From: Laetmonice hystrix
Lineage: Eukaryota
Direction: 5' to 3'
Length of the DNA: 64,000 nt
Assembly (NCBI GenBank): GCA_965235115.1
Contig: OZ249436.1
Location: 29,700,001-29,764,000 of the forward strand
Shown: positions 49,122-62,255 of the stretch, piece after piece
Position numbering within the stretch: the stretch's first letter is position 1
How the letters are laid out: every line of letters begins with the position of its first letter
The notes under the pieces: model-generated
The model's database searches: none
Told to the model about the DNA's origin: nothing
Seen by the model: only the letters and a program-made list of their open reading frames with translations
Made by a program: the position numbers and the translations under genes

Positions 49122-49400
49122 TTAATCGGCAGAAAAAACTCGGCCCTTGTGTCGTTCATGGTGTCGTTTCATATTATTGGACTGATTAAATCTTAATCCA
49201 CACATCGGACACTGGTATGGTCTTTCTCCTGTGTGCACTCTTTTATGTCTTTGGAGGTTGGAAACTCTACTAAAGACCTGACCACAGACGGTGCACTGAT
49301 GCTGTTCCTCTGTGCTCGTCAATGAATCATTTTGTCCTGTCGGAGAGTCTCTGATATCTCTCCGACTGATTTTACATCCACTCGCATCAAAACGCATACC
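49122..49400 (-). CDS. Variable terminal exon V5, 2 C2H2 fingers
   Basis: cttcttccag|GGT ATG phase 0; CTVC..RVSNLQRH, CPMC..QSNNMKRH. Confidence 0.85.
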   Translation of the reverse strand, partial: GMRFDASGCKISRRDIRDSPTGQNDSLTSTEEQHQCTVCGQVFSRVSNLQRHKRVHTGERPYQCPMCGLRFNQSNNMKRHHERHKGRVFSAD

Positions 49401-49666
49401 CTGGAAGAAGTGAAATAATCACAAATAATTCCTTGTCATTAACAGATTTTAAAGTTGCTTAATTCAAAAGAATAAGCAGAGCATAGTGGTGATTGCATTT
49501 GATAAATTATGGCTTTTCAAACCTCATTTTTGACTGCCTAGCTAGGATTCCATTTTAAACTTAACCCTTTAGGGACAGAATGTCTCTTGAAACCTGTCTG
49601 AAAGTGCAGACAGTTTTAATCAATTTGTAGACAAGAGCAGCACTTTTGTTAACCGGCTTGCTAAAA

Positions 49667-49936
49667 TCATCTCTGATGCAGCTTCAGGTGGCGCTTCATG
49701 CTATTAGACTGTGTAAACCCTAGACCACACACTGGACATTTGTAAGGTCTTTCTCCAGTATGGATTCGTATGTGTCGCTGAAGGTTTCCGACATGCTTAA
49801 AGTTCAGGCCACAAGTGGCACACCGATGCTGCTTTGGTGAAGCTGGTTCAGAGGTTTGGAAGCCGTGCCCTTGTAGTCCTCCCATAACAGCCCTCTGCCT
49901 ACTGCTGTACTCTCCACTGCCAAAATACTGTAAGGC
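49667..49936 (-). CDS. Variable terminal exon V4, 2 C2H2 fingers
   Basis: cttcttccag|GCC TTA phase 0; CATC..HVGNLQRH, CPVC..QSNSMKRH. Confidence 0.85.
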   Translation of the reverse strand, partial: ALQYFGSGEYSSRQRAVMGGLQGHGFQTSEPASPKQHRCATCGLNFKHVGNLQRHIRIHTGERPYKCPVCGLGFTQSNSMKRHLKLHQR

Positions 49937-50283
49937 CTGGAAGAAGTCAAATAGTTTGAGTCAATCCACTTTATTTACTGAAAAAATGTAACATTTACAA
50001 AAACATTCTTGAGGAGTTGGTGAAATTATGTGACCAACTACTGGTAAAATCTTGCTTTTGTGGTTTTATTGTCCCTTCTAGGTTTTCTAACAGCACCTTT
50101 ACGCTGTACCATTTAATACCTTTCTCAAATTCTCTCTGGCTCTGCCATCTGTTCTAACCTAGAACTTCCAGAAATATCAGTTGCAATGTTGAAGGGAGAT
50201 TTTGTTCAAAATATAACCGGTAATGCCAACATGTCACACCGATAACATGCACGAACCTTCACTTTTATTTTTTCTAAATAACT

Positions 50284-50592
50284 TTAGGTCTTTTTCTCTA
50301 TGATTGCATGTCGTCTTTTTATATGTCTGTGCAATGTGCCAGATTGAGTAAATCTTGACGCACAGAATTGACACACAAATGGTTTCTCTCCTGTATGTGT
50401 TCTCGCATGATCCCGTAAAGTCTTTAGCCTTGTAAAGGTGTAGCCACAAATTCTACACTCATAAGGTCTTTCCTCCCCTCTTTTGATGGCACCAAGAGAT
50501 GGTACATGATGCCAACCCGCCACGACTGTTGCCGAGCCTCTCAAACGGTTCACAGAGTCAGCACCAATGGACTCAGGATCCGGGGATCCAGT
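50284..50592 (-). CDS. Variable terminal exon V3, 2 C2H2 fingers
   Basis: gttgcag|ACT GGA TCC phase 0; CRIC..RLKTLRDH, CQFC..QSGTLHRH. Confidence 0.85.
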   Translation of the reverse strand, partial: TGSPDPESIGADSVNRLRGSATVVAGWHHVPSLGAIKRGEERPYECRICGYTFTRLKTLRDHARTHTGEKPFVCQFCASRFTQSGTLHRHIKRRHAIIEKKT

Positions 50593-50754
50593 CTGCAACA
50601 GCAGTTAAAATGGGCGCTAAATGGTACGTCGTCACTCCTTTGAAATACATGTTTAAAATCAATACTGACTGTGACATCTACAGTTCTGCTGCCGGTAATG
50701 TCAGGCAAGCTGCAATTTTTACATTTTAAAGCCATATAATTTTAGCGCTCTTCT

Positions 50755-50845
50755 TATATTACTTCCTGCATGTTACCAAAGATGTGTACAAACATTTGTA
50801 ATGTCCAACAGGGACAATACCTGCGTGTTACCTGCAGTACAACCA
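50755..50845 (+). repeat. Interspersed repeat fragment, also present at ~60815-60902
   Basis: ATATTACTTCCTGCATGTTA..CAAAGA...GGGACAAT..CCTGC..TGTTACCTGCAGTACAAC in both places. Confidence 0.65.
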
Positions 50846-51974
50846 AAATTCGCGAGAAAATTCGGGATTAGGTCATTACTTTAAATAGTTAAACCAACCA
50901 ACTAAGCCCCTTGTGGAGGAGAGTTTAAGATTTTACCGACAAAATTACTTGAGCTCATCACAGAAGAATCGCTTTAAACAATGGTAAAACTGAACCAACC
51001 ACACCCTTCGAAATCACTGCCAAACATCTTCAGACACTTACGCTTTCATATAGAATGACACTCCCAATATTTCCTTTCTATCTATAACCTGTAAGCTCTT
51101 ATACACCGAACCCTAGCAACCACAGACCATCATCTATTCTAAATCTTTTAACAGACTTGTATATATATATATCCTTCCAACATTTACACTTCCAGCTCAG
51201 ATGATCCTTTAATGTTACCTTTTACATACACAGTTTATTAAGGATCATATTTCGTCAGCGCGTGTGTTCGGCGTGTATATGTGTGAATATACCAGTACGA
51301 CCGTGGCACGACGAATGACTAAAATTGGGAATTCGCCTTGTGATCAATTAACTTTTTATTGGTTGACAATGGTGGACATCCATAGCGATTTTGGTTAGTT
51401 ACATTACTGGCATATAATGATTAACAATTACAATGACTGGCGTACAAAGGTAGTCCAGTGTGGACAGATTGAGCCATGTTTGGTGTTGTCTGAAGCATGG
51501 CCCTCAAACTAGATGGACCCAGACGGCCCAAGAAAAATAGTACAGAAGGGGTACAAAATCAGAATGGGGGCGATCCAAGCCCAGTGTAAAGTTTAATCTC
51601 ACTCACCCAGAATTCGTACGGTGGGAAAAGGTTGAAGTCCCTTTGGAGCAATACATACCAATGTATTCAAAGTCCGGCTCCAAGAGTCATATATCCAACA
51701 CAGATTAATCCGTGGGTGCCTTAAGTTATGTGCTTGCCTGTCGCTCGTGTTCAGCACAAACTGAGAGGGCACAAGCCCTGTTCCCCTCTACGTCAGACTT
51801 TTTTTTCACTTTATGTGTATATCAGGTGATAACCGACATCTTCTAGGTTCACAAAAACAAGATTCATTCACAGTATCTTGGACTGGGATAACGTTCCTGA
51901 AGCTTCAGTCAACAATAGATGGATCAACATTTTAATTACCGGGAATATATCACTTTCTCGTTTGAATTCTTTAA

Positions 51975-52274
51975 TCAATATTTAAATGGGATACCCGTAT
52001 GGTGTATCTCTCTAACATGTCTCTTCAAAGACCCAGACCTGCCACATCTAAAGTTACAGAATGGGCACGCATACGGCTTTTCACCGGTGTGCGTTCGCAT
52101 ATGATCTTTCAGATTTCCATTTCTCGCAAACATTCTCCCACACACATTACACCCGTGTGTCTTGTCCTTGATAGCGTCACATTCCTCCTGCGAGCGCCGA
52201 GTGGGGACAAACATGGAGCCATCTAAAAGTTTCGCCGGGTCACCGGCCACTGAATCGGGGTCTGGGAAGGCAGT
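51975..52274 (-). CDS. Variable terminal exon V2, 2 C2H2 fingers
   Basis: tgttccag|ACT GCC TTC phase 0; CNVC..RNGNLKDH, TGEKP linker, CPFC..HVREIH. Confidence 0.85.
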   Translation of the reverse strand, partial: TAFPDPDSVAGDPAKLLDGSMFVPTRRSQEECDAIKDKTHGCNVCGRMFARNGNLKDHMRTHTGEKPYACPFCNFRCGRSGSLKRHVREIHHTGIPFKY

Positions 52275-53984
52275 CTGGAACAGCAGCAGTTGAAATGCGA
52301 TTGAGTGACCAGAATCTATGTCTTTTCCTTTCTCGTTATCTTTTGTGAGCTGGGAGAAAAAGAAACCTGGTCACTCGAATTCTACGACCTTCCTCCTTCA
52401 CACATACAAATTATGTCTCCATATATTTTCAAATAACTACCATCTCATATTACCTTTGAAGGTTTCAAAAATAATTACCCAGTACTGTGCCCTTTCATTC
52501 AAAGAGTTCCCTCAAGACATGAAACCATGGAAATGGATAATTTAGGCTTAACCCTCCGAGTTGAGGCATTTCTTGGGGCGAGGCACTTCTCAAATGCATG
52601 CAATATCATAATAATCCAACTGTTGTGCCCTGGCTCCATTTCTATCCCCTAGTTTCGTAAACTAAAGTAAAGGGGAAAAGAGCAAAGAGAAAAACTTGCA
52701 GTACAACCTCCCATTTCAAAATCAGCTGTAAGATTGGCTGATCGATTGGTTTTAGCACATGTGGCAGGCAAATATTTATCGACACACTTTTCAAAAACAA
52801 TATCCCTTAGGTCTATTTCAAAAAGGTCCAATATTAGATCTTTAAATTCAAAGAAGAAAAGCGGTGCATGAAGGTTGCAATACTGTAGGATGAACTTAAA
52901 CGTGTCCACCATGTATAGCAAACACATACCTGCCAACATTTGGTCGACGGAATCCGGAATCATCCCAAATTGACTTTTGATATTCTCTCTAAATTACTTA
53001 TAGATCTATGGGCCCTCTTTCTTTTATCCATCTCTTTCTCTTCCTCTCCATTACTGACAGAAAGCACAACTCTGATTTAATAAACATAGTCTAGAGATCT
53101 AGTTATATGGCCGGATCATAAACGATCTTTTTGCCAGCGAAACTCTGCCATGAGCGGGAGATTTAACATGTATTTGGAGGGAATCTATACTTATTCTGTA
53201 AATTTTATGATTCCGTAAGATTTAGAGAGTAATGCGGAATGCGAAATACCTCATTCAAATGCGGAAAGATTCCGCATAATGCGGAAGGGTTGGCAGGTAT
53301 GCAAACACCATCCTCCCACGCTCGGGGTTGAACCGCTTCCAGTGACCTCTCCCCCACGACACCATGCTCGATTCTCGTGGGGGAGTGCTTCGCAGCGTCA
53401 CCTGCTATCACCTAATAATTTTTCTCCGTGCGTTTAGTGACGACCAATCAGATTACAGCACTCTTCGAGGCGCAATTCAAAAAATTTAGCTTGCATTTCT
53501 GGTTAGGTAATAGGATCATCCCGAGTAAAGGTATTGTGGTCGAAGCAAGATAGCGACGCTAACAACCAAGACCGACAGATAGCGCCAGCAGGCCAATGCC
53601 AGTTCGGATGCCCGCCGAAGAGTCACGCTACAACAAACTGTATTGTCAGGGAGGGACATATTTGCGAACTGGGCAAGGCAAAAGTATATGCTATCGGGCA
53701 TTTTCGCGAGAAAACCTACAGGGAAGACCATTTAGTGTTAGTGGCGAGTCTATGATGCCGATGCCAGGTCCTATTAATATTCATGAGGTTGACCTCACGG
53801 TCAACCTCCCACAGTTTAGCCTGGGCCGAGCTCAAGGGGTAGAATGCAGGATGCGCGATGCCCATTGACAACTCAAGATGAGCAAACACATGCCATGGGA
53901 CGGATTTTTTCAGGTGGGACATAGCATAATTCCTGATTGTCAGTTTGAAAACGACAAGGTGAACATAAAGCTAACTTTCAGACT

Positions 53985-54287
53985 TCATTCTATGGCCTCC
54001 GGATGTCTTGTTTTTATATGTCTTTGTAGAGTATCAGATCGACTAAACTGACGATTGCAGAATCGGCATGTGTACGGTTTTTCACCTGTATGCGTTCTAC
54101 CATGTGTTTTTAAATTCCCTGCCCTTGCAAACATGGCTCCACAAATTGTACATTTATATGGTTTGTCCTCGACTTCAGTTGTACCATGCAGTGAAAGTAC
54201 ATATGCCCGAGTTGTTTGATCTTTCCTGAACTGGCTCAAACGGTGCAAGGGTTCAGCATGAAAAGAACCAGGATCTTGGAAGACTCT
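53985..54287 (-). CDS. Variable terminal exon V1, 2 C2H2 fingers
   Basis: ttttccag|AGA GTC TTC phase 0; [32 protein letters not shown]...HIKTRH stop. Confidence 0.85.
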   Translation of the reverse strand, partial: RVFQDPGSFHAEPLHRLSQFRKDQTTRAYVLSLHGTTEVEDKPYKCTICGAMFARAGNLKTHGRTHTGEKPYTCRFCNRQFSRSDTLQRHIKTRHPEAIE

Positions 54288-57200
54288 CTGGAAAAGTAGT
54301 CAATACTGATTTCAGTAGTGATTCGGGAATTCATCTCAGACACAATTCAATGGAACAAATACCTCAGTCGTGAATCAACAGCTATCAATCTTATAATACT
54401 AAATACTGGAACAAAGGTGACGAATACCATCAATTTGGCACTTATGGCACAACCATTCAAGAGTTAAAAACGACATTTCTGTTCCTGCCTTCTAAGTTCT
54501 CTAACTCGAATGTCGCATCGCAAAATCGGTCATATCATGTTCCTTTGCAAACATTTTCTGACACAGGAAGACAACCTCTACCACAACATATAATCTTTCT
54601 TGAGGCTTATTTACTCACTAATATGTATCAACATTGGAGAATACAGAAAGGTTTCCATTTCAACCTATGCTATACAGATATGTTATCAATAAATTAAAGG
54701 CATGTTGGGTGGAGGAGGGGACGTTCATGACTTCATCGTGGCCACAGTTTATTTGTTGAATTTTATCCAATGTAGAACTAATATTCATCAATTTCAGAGC
54801 GAATGGCAATCACTTTGATTCTGGTATAAAACTTGATGGCTGGATAACAAGTGAGACTGGGTATGAGCTTCAAGTCTTCAGTACTGCTATACCGTTAATC
54901 AATATTAATAACAAAATTTCATCAAGCATTCCCTTAAATGCATTCCCATTTAAAAGTACGGTAAGTATTACTTTCAATTTCATTCAAATATTGACATATA
55001 GTTTTCCTTATACAGGGCTCGAATTAACAGGATTCGCATCGCAATTTGCATGCCAAAATCAGTCTAAATATTGCAAATCAAATTAAGAGATGTCAAGTTG
55101 CAAAATATTGCATAGTCTGCTTCTACAAAACAGATAACTCGGTAATTATTGCGAATCAAAATTTTAAAAGTATCTTGAGCCTTTTTCAATACATCAGAGG
55201 TAGGAAAAAGGTGGTCAACTTTTACACCAACCTTCAAACCTTCTGCCTCGGTACAATCAGATTGTATTGCAGGCGAAATCTCGCTTTATGTTTAAATCAC
55301 TACTTACATTATTTCCCCACCAATATATCAATTTGCATACAAACATCTATGTATTCCACTAACGTGTTATATTAATAACTGTATTTGGTTTTAACAAGCC
55401 CCAAAACATCTTCATGGTATGTTGCTCCATCGTAATTTTCTTTGCAATTTGTTGATTATCATTTTACCTGCAAAACTAAGACTAAGTCATGATCGTGAAC
55501 CAAAACTTAAGATGGAAAACAGATCTGACCTGTATAATGTTAAGTCCATTATTTCAATCTCTTTTTAGACTTTTGTGTTGTGTTGCCACAACGACAGATA
55601 TCTGCAGGCTTGGTCTGTTTATGCAACAGTAATCACACTATTCACAGTTACGAAAATCAATCATTTCAGCATGAGTGAAGAAAATGCTGTTATCACCTCC
55701 AAGATGATGAAACCAATGGTGAGACACATGTCCCAAGTTCTCTCTTTTTAAAAACATTATTCATCATCTCAATAATACATATGTGATGGAAATCTATGCT
55801 GTTCATAAAAGTTACTTATAAAAATATTAAATATGCCGGGGAAACCTTGTGACTGATAACAAATATGAAATGGAACACAAGCCTCCCGAGATGCAGTTGA
55901 TATGATGAATAATAAATTATTACCTATATAGGTCCTTGTGCCAAACATTCTTAAATCTTAAAAGGTACAACAGGCTGCAAATTTGAGAGGATTCTTTGTG
56001 CAAACCTCCTATGAAACATATCTTTAAAAACTGAATTCCAGATTTTACAGTTTGCATACAATGAAACTTCTGCATTTTATGGCATAAAGTTCCCCCTAAC
56101 TCTGAAATCATTAAATTTGAAGCCTGCATGAAGAGCAATACTGCATATGTATCAGTATCACTGACTCAACACTACAGTTGAGAAATCTTGGCACAAGGCA
56201 CTCAATGATTTCCTTCTACGTTTGCATTTAAATGTTAATGACAATGTAACATTTTTGCATGCAAGTATCAATATTCAACAAAAAGCGGCCATGTGGATAC
56301 ACCTTACCACCATCATCTTACTTTTTATAGCTCATATAGATTACTTTTTCTAAGTGGCTGTTCAAAAATTACTCTACATGTACACACAAGGCATAGATTT
56401 CTCTCAGTACCAATGCTCACATTATTACACAGACTATGGAGGGGCATGTGTGTTAGTTATCTTTGATCACGTTAAAAGTTTCTAAACTTTTTAAGATAAT
56501 TTGTGAACAACCACGAACAACAAATTAGGATATTAAATCTTGCAGATTCAGACGTGATATACGTACTCGGGCAAAAGATGCAATTCATCAGCATCTGACT
56601 AAGTAGAGTTTAAAACAACTTGAAAAGAAAAGCAAAAGATTTACTGCAGGCTGCGGTAACTACTGTAAATTAATGACTCTTGCTTCAATGACTGCACTTG
56701 TGAAAGGTAATTCTGAAACAATGCTGTTCAAAATAAAAGTTACATTAAGGTGCCTTTAAATTTTTCTCCTGGTAAATTCAAAAAGATTTTTCAAATTTAA
56801 CTATCCTTCCCGTACGTATGTCATGCTCTGCATACACAAAAGAAGTGCTCCAACTTGCAAAATGTTCAATATTTATCCCAAACAAAACTTTGTGTTATGA
56901 TTACCAATTAACCTGCAGTGCACACCAACCATTCTTGAAATCTTGTGTGAAGGATATAAAATGCTGCACAACAATTATCTATTTGAAGTCACCCCTTTTA
57001 AAATTCAAAAAATAAAGAAGTCAGAGCAATGGCCAGCCAGAATATGTCCTATAAGTTCTAAATTACAAATGTGAGGATAAATACATGACCTAAGAACGTC
57101 TTTATGTATGCTGGGCAAAGCCTTTTTTCCTCAAAGAGATTTAGAAAAAGTTACATGTATACATTGATAAGTTAGTGGTCACTGACCAGTCACATCAGTT

Positions 57201-58147
57201 TCAATCAGTCCTGGCTAAGGCCAATCTGTGGTGATAGCCATAAACACATCAAATATGCAAAAAAAAAGCCAAGTTCTAAATAACACCAGTTGGCATTTTG
57301 CTCAGTTCTAACAGATCCTACCAAATAAATTTTTCAAGTCGAAGACCCTTTCAATTTTCAAGAGGTAATTCAATTACCACTCTGACCACCAGCAACAGAA
57401 TTTTTAACTCATGTCCGCGATGTCAAAGACGCGGATTCCATTAGTCTGCTTTTCAATTTCAAGAAATGGACTAATTTTTTTTGTATAAAACAGGATTCCA
57501 TCACGGTGATCACCTATTTTGGCTGCCTGTCAATATGCGATTTAGCTATCTAGCTGCAAACCCCCATCAAAACCAAGTCGATAAAGTGGGGGATTTAACA
57601 CTCAAGATAAATTCTTAACTGATAAGAGATTCCACACTGACTTTCTAGAACACAAGTACTTTTTTGGTCCCCCTTGTTTGGTTGATTATACCAGAGCACT
57701 TCTTTTGCAGAAACCCTTCTAAGATACAAAGATGGAATATATCAAGTTTCAATAGTAATGTGCAGGTCCTACAAGTTATCCATGACACTGAAAGTAGCCC
57801 CAGTTCTTGCCTTCCACATTTTATAGCCCAACTCACAGCTTTTCATATAAAATTTTCATCCCTATTCCGAAAATTCTACCCAATTTTAACTTTCTAGTGT
57901 TACAGCAGGAAATTTGCTTCTAAAAGTATTATGAAAACCATCGAATAACAATCAGTTAGTGTCCTCAAGATATTACAGTGGTAGGTAAAATACACTAGAT
58001 CCAAAATAAATTTGCCACATATACGTGTATGCTTTCCAATTCAAAACCAATTTTCAAGCTGCATGCTGACAAACAAGGAAATATTTTTTTTATAAACGAT
58101 TTGTAAATTCCTTAAATTGCAGTCTGAAGGACAATGGCAGGACTATG

Positions 58148-58255
58148 GGGGGCGTTTCCCATCATGTTGTTACCGTGTCGTATCGCTAACGCCAATGTAT
58201 TTTCAATGGGTATTTTAACGCACGACAGGATAACGATAGATGAGAAATGCCCCTC
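58148..58255. repeat. Imperfect hairpin, MITE-like, in the first variable intron
   Basis: GGGGCGTTTCCCATC ... GATGAGAAATGCCCC inverted ends. Confidence 0.5.
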
Positions 58256-58472
58256 TGACTAACAAACAATTATAAAGTTCAGCAATCTTGTGTTTCAATC
58301 CTTGGCCATGCATGGCCTTGGGCCAAAACTGAACAACTCAAGGAACCCCCAATTCAAGGGTGAAAGAAAATAGATACCCAGAAGGCCATGATACACATTC
58401 CATCAAAGTCTCTTAGAACAGGTCTTTATCTATGATCAGTGACTTAGTTTAAAAAAAGCAAAGTACACTCAC

Positions 58473-59333
58473 CGAGTCCTGTCCTCCCGCAATTCCTGAT
58501 GGCGACTGCCACGAGGAGCAGCCCGGTTGTGACAAGTCGCCTCCCGATAGCTGACTTTCTCCCGGCTCTTGGAATGATGTGTGTGCTGCATGTGCTGCGA
58601 TGTCTCCAATTCCTGTTATGTTCGGCCAAGGATGTGGAATTCCTGCAGGTCTTTTATTAGGCGGTTCGTCCCATTCTCCTTCTTGTTTAAATGAAGCACT
58701 GTTTTCAAACTCACTATAGCTGCCATCTGTGGGTACGTCCCCACCCCCAGGAAAGGAATCACTTCCATAGTTTGTTTCTCCTAATGTTTGACTTTGGTTG
58801 AATGATCCCCTAAACCCTGATGAACTATGTGGTCGCCGCTGTGCCCTCCGTTTCCCAGCAACCATAGAGGCTGGCTGGGCCACACTTTCTGGCGAGTTTA
58901 AACCTGATGAACCAGTTATCATTACATCTTCGTCCTCCGAGGAAGCTTCATTAGCTTCCTTTTTTATTTTCACTGATGAAGGAATTGTGTCAGAACTGTC
59001 CTCTGCAGGACTTGCCTGGCTGGGACTCTGATTTTGACTATGCTGTTCTTGCTCTGCTTTCTCTGCCTCTGCAGCTAACCTCTCCTTTTCCTTTTCTGCC
59101 TCCTCTTTTTGTCTTTGGGCTTCAGCTTCTGCTGCCAATCGTTCAATGTAAGCATCGCTTTGGAACTTTTCACTGATGTGTAGGAAGAATACATCATTGT
59201 CATCTACTGCAACACCTAGTAGGCCCTCGACCCTTAGGTGATTCTCATACTGAAGGCTGTTCTTACACAGGAGTGTGACTGTGTCTAACAATAGATTCTT
59301 GACTCGTTCTTGATCTGGCTTCATAGTTTCCAT
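58473..59333 (-). CDS. Constant coding exon (287 codons): N-terminal alpha/beta-like domain, E/A/K-rich coiled coil, acidic Ser-rich linker
   Basis: ATG in AAGATGG context at 59333; acceptor tttttttcag at 59379-59381 (exon starts 59378, so the first part is 5' UTR); ORF runs into a GTGAGT donor after ...GGQDS; no zinc finger of its own. Confidence 0.9.
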
Positions 59334-59941
59334 CTTGGGTGCATCACACTGACATAGAAGAATTTTGAATTTGAATACCTGAAAAAAAGAAATTTAACTG
59401 AATTACAGCGTCACATAAATATTACCGCAGGACACAATCTTCAAATTTGTAAAGGCTAATTTTCAGTTTGCACACTTTTCTTCCTCTGTCAATTTAACAA
59501 TTTTAAGGCTTAAAGGTTTTAATCCGACTTCAAAATTCTCTGTACCCTTTAAAACAAATGACCACCGCCAGTGTGTACAGGCCAGGCACACATGCCGTGA
59601 TATCCTAAGCAAGTTAAAAAAGATTTGAACACAATTGGTGCTCAAATAGTTAAGATATTTCACTTTAGTGCCGGAGACTGCTTAGAGCCTCCTCAGCTGG
59701 TGGATGCCGCCATAGCGTCGACCAGCTCATTGGGCTAAACCTAGGCCTGATCAATCACAGCACGACTGCTCTCCAGTTTGGGAGGAACTAAAAACTGATG
59801 CACATGTTGCATTGAACAATTCAAAAGGTAGCGAACGTTGACAGCTTATAAGCCATATTTGTTAGAACATAGACGAAAACCATCGATAGTGATGAGGAAT
59901 GGCTAGTAATTAAGCCTACCGATATCAGGCTGCATAGATAT

Positions 59942-60268
59942 CAGGGGTCGATTTCGACAGGAGTCCGTGAGTCCAAGACTCCCAAAAATCGGGACGGACT
60001 CCTGGCAGCCACCTGACCATGAGTCCGGTTGTCTCCCAGATATTTACACACCTGTAGATTGATGCGGGTTTTCAAGACTGACAATATGTTTCACCTCCTC
60101 CCCCTTCCTTGTTGTGGTGGCTTGATTACTTCCAGTGTTTATGCCAAACCAGGACACTTTTTTTTACATCCAGTCGCATTTTAATCTCGGCTCGTGGACT
60201 CCCATATTTTTTAGCGGACTCCTAAATTCTGCTGACTCCTAAAAAATCACGCTCGAAATCTACCCCTG
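59942..60268. mobile_element. Non-autonomous TIR element (CAGGGGT-GATTTC termini)
   Basis: TIRs CAGGGGTCGATTTCG / CGAAATCTACCCCTG; flanking direct repeat GATAT; related copy at 61130-61357. Confidence 0.7.
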
Positions 60269-61129
60269 GATATCATATATCAGGGTGGACACGGATCTGG
60301 GCAGCTGTGGGTTTCGGCTGCCTGCATTCAATTCGTCCCGCTCGGATGTTGATGGAGCTCAACCCCACTCTGAGTCCGACTACGACCGGGCACTGAGATC
60401 ACGGGCAGTGTCAGCACAGACCTGTTGCGTTTAGTTGTGACTGTGACTGTGGGACTGACCCCCATTGATTCGCCCGCTCGCCTCGGCCGCCTTTAGCCTA
60501 GTCTAGCCTCGACAACCCCGGCCTCAAAGTTCTGATCAATTCAGTGCGTGCTCAATAGATGGGCACAATGACGTCAATTACTGGGCTGGGTGTAACTTGG
60601 TTTTCTTTTTCACTAAAGGAAAGGCAAAAACCTCATGTAGCGCACACGATAGCTCTTGTTGGGGGCCTCGTGAAGGCTCCGAACAAGAGCTATGTGCACC
60701 CACTATTACTACACATTTCACAGAAATAAACATTTATAGCCTCATACTCTACATACAATACATACATCTACTCATACATTATCGTGGAATGTAGGAAATT
60801 TTCAGCAATTTTCTAATATTACTTCCTGCATGTTATCAAAGACGTACAAATATTTGCAATGTCCAATAGGGACAATGCCTGCATGTTACCTGCAGTACAA
60901 CTGAAAATCGTGATCAATCAAAAGAAAACGTGCTATGATTCCACAATCATTGGATTTGAACTGGAAGGGAATCCCCTCACGTGACTTTCTATGCAGTTAT
61001 TGATGACGCACCCAAACAAGATGGTGTCCTCATCGTCCAGCAAGCCAAATAGCACCCAACAGAAGTAGCCTAGATCTAACTTGTCTTAAATTATATTAAT
61101 TACAACGATACATCTGTCGTATATGTAGA

Positions 61130-61357
61130 CAGGGTCGATTTCAACGCGAGTCCGAGCCAAAAATTAGGCCGGACTCCTGGTAGCCACCTGATCATGAGTC
61201 TGGCTGTCTCCCAGATATTTACACACAGATTGATGCAGTTTTTAACCCCAGGACCAGGCGACGATCACCCAGTCTCACATTTTTTGGCAGACTCCTAAAT
61301 TTTTCAACTTGGGAGTTCTGCTGACTCCTAAAATATCACACATGAAATCTACCCCTG
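61130..61357. mobile_element. Second, shorter copy of the 59942-60268 element
   Basis: Shared termini and internal GGACTCCTGG..GCCACCTGA..ATGAGTC..GTCTCCCAGATATTTACACA. Confidence 0.7.
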
Positions 61358-61817
61358 AAGGGTGATACTTTTTGCTGACAATCCAGCATAAGAGGGTTTC
61401 ACTGGTTGCAATCTCCCGTTCTACCCTGGGCCTCGCCTCGGCATGTACGCCGGCCTGCCCTCCGTGCTCACCGTGCACGGGCCTCGGGCTGTAAATGTAA
61501 ATTCCATGAAAAGAATGATGGTATTTTGGGTTGGTGCCTTAAGCTGGTCGAAGGTCGATGAAATGTGTTCCACGGGGAGGTAGGGAAGGGAGAGGACGGT
61601 TTGGACATCCCAGGAACACAGGCGGCAGGCCGGGCGTGCATATACCGAGGGGCGGATTTGGCAGGCATTCCCCAACGTTAGCTGTGGAAGCACCGAAGCA
61701 ACACCGGCATTGTAAGCTGCTCGAAAGCCAAGAACTTCCCGTCAATTCACCCAGCTATTAAAAGCAGCTCCGATATACACTCAGCGTTTCAATCTATCCT
61801 GATTCCGAGCAAACTTC

Positions 61818-61984
61818 CAGGGTTTCTTGCAGGCCCTTTTTTTGGGGGGGGGGAAGATCCCCCCCCCCCCCATTATTCAGCTACTCCCCCCCAAAAATTT
61901 CCAGGGGGAAATATTTTGCATTACTCTCCCCCCCCAAACTCGCACCATTCCCCCCCAAAAGTCGAGAATCTCCAGGAAACCCTG
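61818..61984. mobile_element. Small TIR element
   Basis: CAGGGTTTC...GAAACCCTG termini; flanking direct repeat ACTTC. Confidence 0.6.
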
Positions 61985-62255
61985 ACTTCTTATGTTTCTT
62001 CACAGATTCAGTTGTACTAGCTAGCACGGGGCAAGTTGTTGGGAAAGCCCTCCCTGTCCATGTGCAGCCTCGCTTTTGTCTTGCGCAATGCACCCTGGGC
62101 GAGAGTGCTTGGCTCGGGGCGAAACTGTGTATGATGTCACGTTTCTTTGAGTGGATGATTGTAAACACCCTACTGAAAAACGTGTGCCGTGCTTTTCAGA
62201 GCCGATCAAGGGTTGCAGGTTTGCTCATCAAATTTCCCAAGAATCACGAGTAAAT

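Noticed and set aside
58473..59333. Naming the gene lola, mod(mdg4) or a ZBTB member
   Set aside because: No recognisable BTB domain; the similarity is in architecture only, so no symbol is given
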